A stretch of DNA of 64,000 nucleotides from contig KZ538295.1 of assembly GCA_000934665.2 (NCBI GenBank), forward strand, positions 124,001-188,000, given 5' to 3'. Numbering within the stretch: the first letter of the stretch is position 1; each line of letters opens with the position of its first letter. The translations under genes and the position numbers were made by a program. Below, piece by piece: positions 51,414 to 64,000 of the stretch. The notes under the pieces are model-generated. The model ran no database searches. It saw only the letters and a list, made by a program, of their open reading frames with translations, and had not been told where the DNA came from. The DNA comes from Catajapyx aquilonaris (taxonomy: Eukaryota).

Positions 51414-54400
51414 TAAGACGCGAAGAACCTCGAGAATGCCAATACCTATTAGCTAAAAAAGGGGGGATGTTTACTGATCAACAAATTTAACTCTAGTTTT
51501 ATCTCGCCTTGCTTTTAGAGGAGGGGGCAGCAAATTGAATATTATCCTATGTGCTTCGGGGTCACTTATGGTCCAATAACTTGGACCTAGGGCCTGGAGC
51601 CAATTAACACCCTCCCCCTCCAAAATTCCCTCGTACAACTTGAGAACTGGTTATGTGTTTCAGAGTTTGAAACTCCCCAATTTTCCTTCTTTTTTTTTTA
51701 AACCTCAGGTCCGCAAAATCCTTTCCCCGGTTGTTTTCCTGGCCCTTAACCAATCGGGCGTCTGCATGTTTATCATTTCCATAATGCGCAGCAATAGGCC
51801 CGTTCATCTGCGAAGGAATTAGGCCTGCAGCGAGCCAGGGGCCCCCCTTAATCTCCTTTCTGATGGCCCAGGGATTCCTCCGCTTTCTACCCGGATTAAA
51901 GTGTCTCCTAGTGACAATAATACTCAGGCTGCCATTGTTGTGTCAAGGAAGGGAGACCCGGATCCATACTTTTTTTTGTGTGTGTAGAGTTGGACAACAC
52001 GTGTTGGATTGATTTACCAGGATCCATTGGGAGTGAGGGTTTTACCCCTTTCTTTTTTTAGAGAGGTTGGATGCATTATGGGATTACAGATTTCCAATTG
52101 TCTGCATAAACATTTCGTGAGTAATTATCTCCTTGTTGCTTGGCTGGAGAGTGCGTGACTCATGGGGGTTTGCCTATTGTTCCTGGATGATCTCAGTGTT
52201 TTTGAAGGTCTTTTAAACGCGTTGTACTATAGCCAGAGAAAGTTTTAGAGCAGCTAGTTTTAGCCGCAACGCCATTTATAAAGCGCCAGACCGGTTGCAA
52301 CGAGAGGATGGGGCCGGGCTTACTGTGTCGGACTGCGGTTTTTGAGGTTTGCTGATTATTTGGGATGATCAGGCTGGAAGCGTTGATGATGTCTATATAA
52401 GAATTATTATCGTGCTTTATGAGCTGGTCTGGTCGGTATAAGCCCTGCGCTTGGTTCGCCATAACGACCGTGAGTGCTGTCGGATTACGCTACAAAAAAA
52501 TGTAGGGAATGAAGTGAGCTAGCGTGGTTGGCGGCTGGTAGGGTCGAACTGGAAATTACGAAAGGAATTCAAAACATTTAATATGCAAACAAATTAATAC
52601 ATAGATAAGGATTGTCGTAATTTCCGTGTCCGCATGCCCGTGCCTCCAAAATTGAACTCCGCGAGAGGGGGGTCGAGGCAAATAAAACCAGACCAGCACA
52701 TTAATTTTCATTGCGTGTGTACCGAGAGTTGCAATAAGGCAGTCCTGCGGTATTATCAACATTATTTTGCCTGCGATATCAGTTATGCACTCGGGTTCCG
52801 CGTGCCTCGTGTTGCGTTATTGGAATGAAAATGGAATGGCAGTAATGAAAACATTATGATCGAGGCATAGCTCACAAACCTAGGACCAAGAAGTCCATTG
52901 CTTTTCGTGGGATACAAACAGAGCATATATGCACAAAGGGTCGTGTTATTTTTGTGTTACCAAGAATCCTCTTCCTCTTCCCAAAGACGTAGACTAATTT
53001 CTCAACACGTTTCCATTCCTCCTCCAGGCATTTTTGGGACACTGAAAAATGCATTTATAGTTTTAGTGTGACAGTCACGTCTTCCTCTTTGGTGGTTGGA
53101 GGGGGAGAAAAGGATAGGTGGAAGGCGAAGAAAGTTCGCAGCTAAATGACAAACGTGACGTAATTTGCCTACACGGTTTTCTCTCCCACCAAATAAGCTT
53201 TTCCCCTCCCCCTCAGCATCCTCTCTTCGATGTAAGTCATCTCAAACTTGGCTCCCTTTTTTTAAATCAGATGATGGCGAAGTGAGATAACTATTGACAA
53301 ACTTGTCCGTCAACTTTTTGATCTCCTGAGAGTCGAACTCGGGACCCCAAAGAATAAGGGGAGCTTCTAATCAGGCCCGTCTCATCATAATGAACTTGTC
53401 TCAATATTATGCATAGGTGGAATCAAAATTTTGTAGGAAACTTGTAATATTAGCATTATCCTGTCTGCAAGTTGGATAGGTCATAAAACAACCTATTTTT
53501 GGGAGAAAACTTAGAGTTGGAAAATATCAGAGTTACTGCATTTAATAGAGTTAACTTCAATAAATGTGATTAAAGATAGAAAAGATTTTTTTCTACATTT
53601 TTAAAGTTGAAAATGATTCACACTCTCAATTCAGAATAGAATAAAAATCCAAAAATTAATTTGATCTTCGTAAATATTTTTCCAATCTAATGAGGAAGAA
53701 TGATGATGTGTTTTATAGAAAAAATGGGAGTGAAATACCCAATATTGTCTAATAATTGAAAAAATTACACTCCCCGCAGTTACTTTGCACATTTTAAGAC
53801 ATATACAAAAAATTATGCCCCCGCATTAACCAATTAGAGCCTACATCATATTATCAGCCTTAATTTCAGCTAGTCGGTATAATTTTTGCGCCATGAAACC
53901 CACCAATCTGTCCGCTGGAGTAGTAAGGTGACTCAATTATAGCCCCCCGTAGATTGTCTTCACAATCAGGCCCTAATAGTACGAAGCGGAACCAATACTA
54001 GAGAAGGCTTAATCCGGGCCGTTTAATGCAATCGACCAAATAAGGGAGGATTGGGACTTCCCCAGAGCTCACTTGGAATTGGCTTCAAGGAGAATTTTCA
54101 TTAGCATCCTTTTTGGAGAAGATTGGCTTCCATTTTTAGCAGGAGACGACTAGTGGAGTTCCCCACCCAAAAAATTCTTGTCTCGCAGTTTTTTTTCTGG
54201 GCGTTTTCACTTGTTGCTGGCTGCACAAACGCAGATGTCTAGACTTGCCATGTGATGGTTAGCTATCTTAGACTTGACACGAGTCGTGACGGGCACTAAC
54301 CTAAGTCACTTCCTTAACTCCTTCCCCCGGATACACCCCACTCAAATAAGGTGTCTTATCTGAGTTAGACAGCGGCAGGGACGAGGACAATGTAATTCCG

Positions 54401-54959
54401 ACGCCGCTTCCGAGATGCATCTGTATTTACATAATTGAGTGGCTTGGAGAGTAGTGGGAGGGGGTGGAGGAGGTAAGGGGGGTGGGGAGAAAAGGGTAAG
54501 CCGCAATAATTGCCACTTCGTCCCACGTGACCGATAAACTTGATTGTTTGAGAGGGACTCAAGGAATTAGAACTGAGGAAGGATTGCTCGCCCACTTTGA
54601 CGTTATTATGAAAGTCCCACAAGAAGAGACATTAAGCCTCGAAGGATCTAAGTTGAGATATGTGCAGGCACATCTGCCCTGGGCCTCTTAGCTAAATTTG
54701 GATACACACCCCCCAACTTTTCATTCCATTCTTAGTATGTGTTTGCGTAGGTACCCAGCACTTACCCAGCTTTATGGGTGGCGTTCTATATACAATGTGC
54801 GCTGGAAGATGCTTTGCAATCTGAGTTAATGGGCCTGTACACACATTGAGTGAGATGAGGTGCATGTTTGTACCTATCATTTCATCCTGCTTTTAATTTC
54901 AGATTTAAAAATGATTTCATATGCTATTAACCATGACTAGTATCCTATATACATGACAC

Positions 54960-55110
54960 TTGTATCATCAGTTGAAAAAGAACTGTCCCAGTCATCCTGA
55001 CGTGTGGGCTGGCCGCTGGACACACACCATGTAAGTTACATGGTGTGTGTCGAGCGGGCAGCACACACATCAGGATGACTGGGACAATTCTTTTTCAACT
55101 GATGATACAA
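54960..55110. repeat. 151-bp near-perfect palindrome
   Basis: 75-bp arms around a single G at 55035. I count 5 mismatches and no indels. Confidence 0.95.
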
Positions 55111-55155
55111 CTGTTAGATTTCTAGTTATTATGTTAGTATAGCTTAATTATATTC

Positions 55156-55297
55156 TTCTGACAACAACGTTGCCACAGTCGGGCCAAATTCACACTAGTA
55201 GCGTCTCTTATGGCAACGTCGAAAAAGTCCGCCTCAACCGTAGTGTTGGAAACAATTTGCGCGAACTGTGTTGCGCACTAGTTTAACAATTCATCTA
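55156..55297. mobile_element. Partial copy of the 5380/43153 MITE family
   Basis: Shared gacaacaacgttgccacagt, caaattcacac and tgttggaaacaatttgcgcgaactgtgttgcgcac. Confidence 0.75.
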
Positions 55298-57419
55298 AGT
55301 ACTGTATAGTTCTTCATATGCTCATAATGAGACAATTATTTATAAATTGGCGAAAGAATAATTCGAGCATATCTGTATTTAGAATTTTTTAATGTTCACA
55401 TTTTAAAAAAAAAAAAAGCAATTCCCTATTAGGTCCTGCTGGATATTCCCTGGTGCAAATTTTCCTCCCCCAAAAACTCTCGGGATTTCCGTACTGATTG
55501 TGTGCCATCGGTTGGACTTCCCACTCGTGTGTAGTACCCTTCCCCAGTTTTTCCTCTTTCCCAAGCACTTGAAACTGCAAAGGCCCGTAAGAACATTTGA
55601 CATAGGCCCTCCCCATCCGCTCCAAAATGACTATTCATACTGCACAAAAGTTGACAGAGTCCACAAATTCCATCTCACTGCCTGTTGTTTTTTCCAACCC
55701 CCCCCCCCCCTCTGGAAGGGGGGGGGACGAAAGAGGGGGGGGGGGGGTTCTCTATACTTTTTTTTTTTACAAACCCCCCCTCTGCATTTGGGAAGCGTAG
55801 GTTGTGCCTGGGAAATGCTGCGTGTGGGATAAATCAACACGCCGCTTTTCGAAAGCGCCCGACTCGCCTCTGCATATTATCAGCTCGTCAGAAATAAAAC
55901 AATAGCTACCGACGCTGTGTTCACAATGCCTCCATGCTCTTTAGCGAGGGGAATGACGCGTATGCTGGACGTGTGCAAAAACACAGAGAGAGACAGAGAA
56001 AAAAAATATACATACAGCACATACGTGCGCAACACGCGCCAAATTGTTGCGCTAGTATCTGCTGGGGCCTGCAAATAATAATAAAAGTTACCCTATTCTG
56101 GATGCGCGGCAACTATTTTGATTAAAATCGGCCCAGGTGGGTTGTGGGAGGGGCTTGCGGCCTACTCTGAGTACTTACTGCATTTATAATGAATTCGGGC
56201 TAATTAAGTGCTTCTAGCGCGGATCCCTGCCAGCAATTGTGTTTTGGAAAATTCGTGGTCAAATGCGGAAGAAAACGGTCGAGTGAGGCCCCCAGGCCAC
56301 CAGTCACGATGCTTAATTAGAGCCCCTAGCATCCTTTATTAATGACATGTAGGCCTTTTGTTAGCAAGGAGCCCCATGTTCTCTCATTTTTTTAAACTAG
56401 AATTTTTCGTTTGCAAAAGTCCAGCAATATTTGGCAACACTTTTTTTTTGCGAAACCGGGCGATAAATCGGGCTTTTGGTTTTTATCTATTTTTTTCTGT
56501 TTTCAGCTTCACACGTTGTGGTTCGTATCAGCCGGAATTGTGTCCGGTGTTGGGGGGGGGCTTATAGTGGTCCAACGTATCTGATTGGCCGCACTTGGAG
56601 GAACTGATAATCGTGACAGGTAGGATGACGGATCCGGTGGAAATGATGATCCGGTCGCTGTCAGGTCACATTTTGTATCAAACTCAGGATGACCACTGTC
56701 CAGCCCAACACAATAATTGAATTACCCAGTATAGAAACATTCTTAGGAGTTCACCGCAATTGTGTAATATATTGAACTACTATTCCGTAATCATTATTAC
56801 AAAATTGTATGTGATTGCTGTGTGTAAAAATATTGCAAAAACTGGGCGTATGCACCCTGTAATTGGTAAATATGAGCTTACGAGCAATGATCATTATGTT
56901 AGCGGGGGTTGTAGGCATTGTCCTCATATGGGGTTAGGCCATTTTTCGTAACAATGACTTATGGCCTCGAGGCGAAGCCATAATCGCGCTTGGAACATTT
57001 CAGCTCGGGTATTAAGGCGCTTGAGAACACACAGAGTTCACTGTATGAGGTGCACAAAAATGGCCGTGTGTTATTAATTGGGCAAATTGCGTCAGGAATG
57101 CCCACTCTTCATTCATTCTCTTTCCATGGCGATTTTTAAACTTGTGTGTATGCTTTTTTTAAAATCTACTATCTCTCACAATTGATGAGAGAACATTTTG
57201 GTGTGGTGAACAAATCCAAAGAGTGCGGTTGCCAATTACATTTACTGTGAGTGTGAGTTGAAGGTTTGCTCATTGCACGTGCCCTTTTTATGCCAATAAT
57301 ACGGTTGTTGATTCAATTCATTTTTAGTTGACTTTTATGTCAGTTACGCAACTTTTAGCGCAATATAGAAAAAAATGCTGCTTTTTAAACTTTCAATAGT
57401 TATCCTCCTTATGGTACAG

Positions 57420-57576
57420 CATGTTGCCCCTGTAATTTAGGCATTTAATTACGCAGAAGAGTCTGCAGGGTAACCCTTAAGAGTTAGGATAACCCAAACA
57501 TGTTGCCCCTGTAATTCGGGCATTCAATTACACATGACAGTCTGACGGGTAGCTCTTAACAGTTAGGATAACCTAA
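57420..57576. repeat. 79-bp tandem duplication
   Basis: catgttgcccctgtaatt..ggcatt.aattac...agtctg..gggta....ttaa.agttaggataacc occurs twice. Confidence 0.9.
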
Positions 57577-58718
57577 TTATACCCCAACACCTGCTGAAGA
57601 CATTTTATTGCATACGAATATTGGCGAAAGCCAAAAAATAAAAAATAGGTGAAAAAATATATTACTCGCAGTAATTAATATTCTGGCGTCTAAAAGATCA
57701 ACCCTGGCTTAACAAATAAAATGAATGAGGCGATAACTACTGCCATCTCCGTATAGTGGACAGTTCTATTGCATATTTCCCTCCGGTTGCATTAGCCAGC
57801 TCATCGCAAATTCATGCTTGCCTTTAAATATCTTCTATTAGCCGAGAACGTCCCACACGTCTCATTTGTATGCTGGAAACTCGGACGGTTGGCAGAACTT
57901 AAGCTCAGCCTCCAATACCAAATGCAAATCTCCTCTCTGCTCAATCTGGAAGAGGTCCCTCGCAACCCCCTCCCATTTCAATTGGAATGAAAATCTTGCT
58001 TTGTATGTATGAAGGGTCGGAAGAGAAAAGGAAAGAGAGTCAAAAAAAGAGGGGGGGGAGGTGGGTAGAGGACAGTGATAGTCCGGTGCACTGACAAAAC
58101 TCACGTCTTCGGAAGGTTCTTTTCAAGTACAGTAGTGTCATCTTCCATCTGGCTTTCCACTCTATGGAAAAAAAGGCGTAATTCCCTTTTCACCCATCAA
58201 GAGCAAACAAGAAAGGTCCCTTCCCACTCAATTCGAATCCCGTGGACTAAAACACTCTCTGGGACTTTTCCCTCCCAGAAATCAGGGAATATAGTCAGGG
58301 AAAAAAAGCTGTTTCCCTGGGGTTGGAAATGCAGCTTGTGGACTTTATGATCCAATCTGTGATGGAAAATACGTGGGGTGGGGGTTTATTTTTGGTAAAT
58401 TTTTTTGCGGCTTCTAGCAGCTCCTAATTAATTTCTTTGACGATTAGCGAATCCTCTCAAGTTGTAAAGGGAGATTGCTTCTCCTCTTTTAGAAAAAAAA
58501 AGATTTGCAGTGTCGAATCTTCTAATTGTAGGGCTGGTTCTGTGTAAATACTTTATGTTAAAAAGGGGGAGAATGATTCCGGTGATTACGTCTTGAAGGT
58601 ACTTAGTCTCATTAATTTTTTAAAAGCAAAGGCGCAAGTATGTTGAGTTCTTATGGTAGGCTAATATGTCTGTATGTAATTAGCATTAAAATATATGATA
58701 TGAGGGGACGAAAAGATT

Positions 58719-59486
58719 GGGTGGAATTTTCGTCCCCCTGCTAGTTACTGCTAACTTAGTAGTATCAGTGTTGGCAATGGTACTGCTAAGTTCTGGACAA
58801 ATGTATCCTACTATGGGGGAAAACACAATGGGTCTTTTCGTCCCACTGCTATAGTTACTGCTAACTTGGCAGCACCAGTGTTGGGAATTGTACTGATAAG
58901 TTAGCAGTAACTAGCAGTGGGACGAAAAGACCCATTGTGTTTTTCCCCAGTAGCAGTAGGATACAAGCCGTAAGTGACTGTGCCAAAAAAAAAAAGTTCT
59001 GACCAACTGCATCCTACTGTGGGGGAAAAAACACAATGAATGAGTTAAATTTTCGTCCCACTTCTAGTTACTGCTAACTTAGCAGCACCAGTGTTGCCAA
59101 TGGGTAGGCCTACTTCTCACTTAGCAGTGCCATTGCCTACGTACCAAAGTTAGCAGTAACTATCAGTGGGACGAAAATTCGGCCCATTGTGCCTCATTGC
59201 CAATGAGTACTTCTAACTTAGCAGCAGCAGTGCTGCCAATGGGTACTTCTAACTTAGCAGCACCAGTGTTGCCAAGGGGTACTTCTAACTTAGCAGCACC
59301 AGTGTTCCCAATGGGTACTTCTAACTTAGCAGCACCAGTGTTGCCAATGGGTACTTCTAACTTAGAAGTGCTATTGCCTAGTTAGCAGTAACTATCAGTG
59401 GGACGAAGATTAGACCCATTGTGTTTTTCCCCCCACGGCAGGACACATTTGGCCAGAACATTTTATGGCACAGTCACTTACGGCTT
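58719..59486. mobile_element. Cluster of nested hairpin-MITE copies
   Basis: Partial copy at 58719, extended palindrome at 58802-58965, and a larger element at 58965-59486 bounded by AAGCCGTAAGTGACTGTGCCA / TGGCACAGTCACTTACGGCTT. Confidence 0.85.
59197..59365 (+). repeat. 36-bp minisatellite, ~4.7 copies
   Basis: Unit TTGCCAATGGGTACTTCTAACTTAGCAGCACCAGTG starting at 59197, 59233, 59269, 59305 and 59341. Confidence 0.95.
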
Positions 59487-60293
59487 TTTAGCTAAGCGTC
59501 CAAAAAATGGGTGCCGATCAGCCTCCAAGCAATAACTTTTGACCCCTACCCGAAGTGCTATTTCCCACCCTGGCTCCCTCTTTTTCCCCTCTAACTCTTT
59601 CCCTTCCTCCCCATCCATTCGACCCCCCCAATCTCCTCCTCCTCCCCCTACTGGTGGTGGTCCCTCCCCGCAAGCCGAGCCGACGTACCTAATCAGCAGC
59701 AGCGATAGCATATTGCTAATCTTCCATTGTGTCCATAACGGAAATTGTTCGGCGGTGAGCATGCCAGGCCCCCAAATTGGATGGGACTCCGAGCTAATTA
59801 ATACAAAATGTGGCTCTATGCTAATGCGTTGCCATAAAGGGGCAGGGCGGCCCAACTGAAGGAAAAAGGGGTGGGGTAGGGATAGAAAGGGAAGAGAGGC
59901 GGGTTGGGAGGGAGAGAGAGAGTGGGTAGGATCATACAGGAAATGGAGTGGACTGGCTTGGCAATGAGATCGGGCCAAGGAGAGAGCGTGTAATGAATTT
60001 CGCCGGCGGAATGTAAGCAAACCGCGAAACCCCACCCTTTGGCCCAAGTGCTGGGGTGGGTGGGTTGGGAGGAAATGATTGGAATGAGCTCCGTCTCCCT
60101 TATCCTTTTGCTTCAAACATCCCTCCCCCTCAGCTCGACACCACCGGGTTGTAGTTAAAGTACTTGCCAATTCTGTCGGATGGAGACGGTGCTGCCCCAT
60201 TCTGATTTGTGCATCCCACATTTGACCTCAATTTACTTGCTGAGATGCAGCCGGAATTAATTATTTGGGCACCCAACAATGCAGATTGTAGAC

Positions 60294-60405
60294 GGGTGGA
60301 ATTTTCGTCCCACTGCTAGTTACTGCTAACTTAGTAGTAACCATCCCCAACATTGGCACTGCTAATGAAGTTAGTAGTAACTAGCAGTGGGACTAAAATT
60401 CAACC
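60294..60405. mobile_element. Solo copy of the GGGTGGAATTTTCGTCCCACTGCTAG hairpin MITE
   Basis: Arms GGTGGAATTTTCGTCCCACTGCTAGTTACTGCTAACTT / AAGTTAGTAGTAACTAGCAGTGGGACTAAAATTCAACC. Confidence 0.88.
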
Positions 60406-63400
60406 ATATGAAAATAATGGGATTAAAACGAGGGGTAAGCTGCCCAAGCTGAGATTGTGCCTCCAGAAACGAGGAGGAGTAAAATGAGATCGGTTAATTC
60501 CTCCAGTTGCACATGCGCATTCGGCTTTGGAGTATGCCTACGTAATTCTTTGCTGGAGCGAATAAACGCTCTCAGGTTTTACACCACCTTGCTCCAAGAT
60601 GATAGTTTTTATTCTTACAATCCCTCTCCTATCAAATCAAAATGGGGGGTATATTAAACAAACAAACAAACAAACACTCACAATCATTGTAGTCAGGTAT
60701 TTTTTATAAGACACTTGAATGGAGATTATAACTACTTAAGAGGTTGCAATTATGTCAGTGATTACGGACTTACTTTTAGGACAAGGTGAGAAAAGATCTG
60801 TCATGTTTGCGGTGTAGGAAATTATCATAATAATTTTATTGGTGTCATTACATTAAGAGGACCGGATTTATTTGTAGAAAACCATTTTTGATGCACTTTA
60901 TTCGCGTTCGCATATATTTTCTCGAGGTTCTAGCCTTCCCTCCCACTCACTTTGATAAATAATATTGGGCCTAACAATAACCCAAAGTCTTATTACAAGG
61001 TGGATCCAACCAGAATTATATTAAAACCACGCTGCAATATTAAGAACCGGTTGTACATGTATCAATTAAGGAAGCAATCTCCATCAGTATAATATTGTGA
61101 ATACTTACACACAATCGGATATATGCTAACTGGCTGAAAAGATGCTCCCAATAGCTTCTAGTACGTATAGCAAAAGGCAGCATTGCACCTGTTGAGTGCG
61201 GCGGACCCCTCTTTTTCTGGTGGGCCCCCCCTTTTTCGTACAGCTCCACAAGCTAGTGTGTGTCTGGCACTCGACTCTTGGTCCAGCAGCTTTATTTGAG
61301 CGGCCAGCGCAGCTTTCATAAAGTGGATAACAAAAGTGTCGGGTCAGCACACATGTGCACACTGAGCCCTGACTTTAACGAGGGAATGGCCGAGGTTATA
61401 GTGTTTGAGGGAAGTTGTCGGGGGGGTACATTTTCGGCGTAAACCTGACAAACGATTTTGGGTGCAGGACATGGGACTCACTATAGCCAGATACTATTTG
61501 CTCTTCCTTAGATCCGGATATTGTTGGGGAACTAATCCAATAGCATCGAGCTATACACACGGATAGAAAATAAGGGAATCGAGAGATGTTTAGGGGGCAG
61601 TTGGGAGGAAAGCGACCGAGGAAAGGTAGGGCTTGGCGTTTGTTAGAGCTAAATGAAATGGGAGGCACTACAAGGGCTGGTTTGGTAGAAAGAGATTGGG
61701 GAGAGGGGGAGGGGAGGTGAAGTTGAGTGAGGGTGGGTGGGGATGTTTCATGGAGCACTTCATTTCCCTCCCCCCTAGAACCAGCCCTAACGAGGAACAT
61801 GATTTCATTAAATTTCACCGGGCGCTACGAGCACTAAACTCCTTTCTGTGCTAGGTAATGATGTTTGTTGAATACCACAATGAGTAGGATTTGGTCAAAT
61901 AACGGAGATCAAAGGGTCGCAATTGGCGTGGTTCCGCATTCTGAAGGATTACATAGAATCATTATTACGGTCCACAGTTGATGGGAGAAAAGGTATTTGC
62001 CTATTAGTAGTGATTCACGGCCGAGGTTGCCATGTGTGCCACTTTTAGTGGCGATTCATGCGTTTATTTGGCGATCGGGAGGGATAATAATTAGCGGGGC
62101 CAATAACGAGGCGTAAAAATTCGCACCGCATTGTTGGGAGTTTTTTGAGACCAGAGCTTGGTACGTCAGTTGGCTTTGTTTGTGAAAAAAAAATGCTGTG
62201 TAGTGGTTGAACAATGCTAATTTTTTAGCAGGCAGGGAGGCTATTCTCTCAGATCTCTCTTAGTACAAACGGAAAAGTTTGTTGGTATGCATGTTTGTCC
62301 GGGTTACCTAACCCACTTCCGAACTACTGAGTGTGTTGAAAATTGCCACACTGATGAATTACATGCCGATGATTACGGGAAAAGTCCGAAAACTACATTT
62401 TTGGGGGGCTAAATACTCAAAATTTAGTTTTTTCTTAATGTTTAGTTTCTCATCTGATGAACACACCACAGATGGCGCTCCTGCCATCCCATCCCCATCT
62501 TGTCTTACATATATATGAGGAAAAGTTTGTTTGTCCGTGGCATCAAAAAACGACTGCTTGTTGTTGATGATATTATTATGGAAACAGGCCGTGCAAAGAA
62601 CGGGCTCCGCTGCTAGTTTAGTATAATCAGATATTTGCGTTCATGCAACTGGACCTTACTGAATAAGCAAACTATTTTTTCCTTGTTTCACCCAGTATAC
62701 ACATGTAAGAAAAATATTATGATTCCCCCCCAACTTTGTTGACATCTTGATTACAGGTTGTAACACGCAGACTGAGCATAAACTTGTTTCGTTTGTTTTC
62801 GATTGAGACAGCCCGTGTCAAAACACGTACCGGTACGAGTTAACATGCAAGTTTTAATAAAATCACGCCAAAAACCAAGGCTCCTAAATTTTGCACGCAA
62901 TAAGGTATTACATGCGCCAATTTTTTTTTCGTGTGTGGATTCGGGATGTGTTAGGAAGGATGAGACCCAACATGCAGTACATCCCCCCATCACTCATTCT
63001 GCGATCATTTGCTGACACACCTCGGATCACTGATCCCCCTGTGCCCTGTAATTGTATGCCAGACCTTTCATCAAAGGGGATCAAACAGGGGGGGTAGGTA
63101 GTGGGGGAATAGGGGAGGGGGGGGGCTGTCGAGAGGGATTTGCCTATGTCATAACTGTGTACAAAGTTGGACCCGTCTTAGTTCGAAACATTTTGGGGAA
63201 ACAGGGTTTGCGAGGCCCCCGTGTTTTGCACCTCACCGCGCAATTCGTCAGAGCTGGCCGGATTATTCAGGCCGCATATATTTTTTATATCCCATTATGA
63301 CTGGCGTTACACAGGATGGAACAGCAAGACAGACTTATATAGACATTAGCAGTGGACCCTTTCTGCGCAGGCGCAATGGGGATGGAAGGCAGCGCCTCTG

Positions 63401-63823
63401 GTGGGTGAGAGGAGGAACTATCAATTCGTTCACTGTCTTCCGGAGGGTCTACATCGCTCGCTCCCCTCCGCACCCAGTGAGCAACGTTCGGGGTTTAATT
63501 TAGCGAAGTGGTTGAAATTTAGATTTGTTGCAGTTACAATTTTTCGCTCCAAATTGATGTTACTCTGCAATTAAAAGTAATAAAGGGATTAAATTTGCAC
63601 TTCCGTTTTTTTTACAGGGGGGAGTGCAAACAAGATTTAAGCGATTGTTGAGAGAGGCGAGAAGATTTGGGGAAGGCGAGGAAAAAGCGAAACAAAACGG
63701 TGGCTAATGAATCCAAGCTTCCCCCCTTTTTCGGAAATGGGAGAGAAATCCTTCCAGGAGAGCGAGATAAGTGAAATGCAAATTGGTCTAGAAAAGAGGA
63801 GAAACCCTCCCTTCAACTTTTTT

Positions 63824-63825
<2 letters not shown>

Positions 63826-63856
<31 letters not shown>
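63826..63856. repeat. (TC)n microsatellite
   Basis: Direct observation. Confidence 0.95.
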
Positions 63857-63860
<4 letters not shown>

Positions 63861-64000
63861 CTCCAACCAGAAGGAAGAGTAAGAAAAAAAAACAAGCTTG
63901 GCAATTTGCTACCCATACAATAGTCCCCCCAAACTTTGTTGGGAGGTAAAAATGACAATAATTATAATAGGAAGGAGAAGAAAACAGCGTTTTTGTGATG

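Noticed and set aside
59197..59385. ORF of repeated LPMGTSNLAAPV
   Set aside because: A translation artefact of a 36-bp (multiple of 3) tandem repeat inside a MITE.
59478..60221. 247-aa ORF, the longest in the track
   Set aside because: Runs through purine/pyrimidine-skewed low-complexity tracts, has no recognisable domain and no clear splice context.

Overview
Eukaryotic (animal, very probably arthropod) genomic DNA. It holds two intron-containing LIM-domain-only genes of the LMO1/LMO3/Drosophila Beadex (dLMO) type, arranged tail-to-tail. Gene A is on + (CDS join 1602-1690, 4547-4684, 5075-5200, 5773-5914, 6762-6938; 223 aa). Gene B is on - (CDS join 43478-43396, 42998-42861, 42680-42555, 37946-37808, 37745-37656; 191 aa). 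The two share intron positions and phases and 118 consecutive identical residues, but have divergent termini and no evident collinear intron similarity. Synonymous divergence is very uneven (7/45 codons in exon 2, 14/41 in exon 3, 19/29 in the conserved part of exon 4), which suggests exon-restricted gene conversion between inverted paralogs. The remaining ~60 kb looks non-coding. It contains many small palindromic MITE-like elements, one full-length tRNA-derived SINE with a 14-bp TSD, DINE/Helentron-like fragments, a MITE-derived 36-bp tandem array, microsatellites, abundant poly-G/C tracts and a 146-N gap. A few orphan exon-like segments are flagged at low confidence. No rRNA, tRNA, CRISPR or autonomous transposon is supported. 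All counts were made by eye and no database searches were run.
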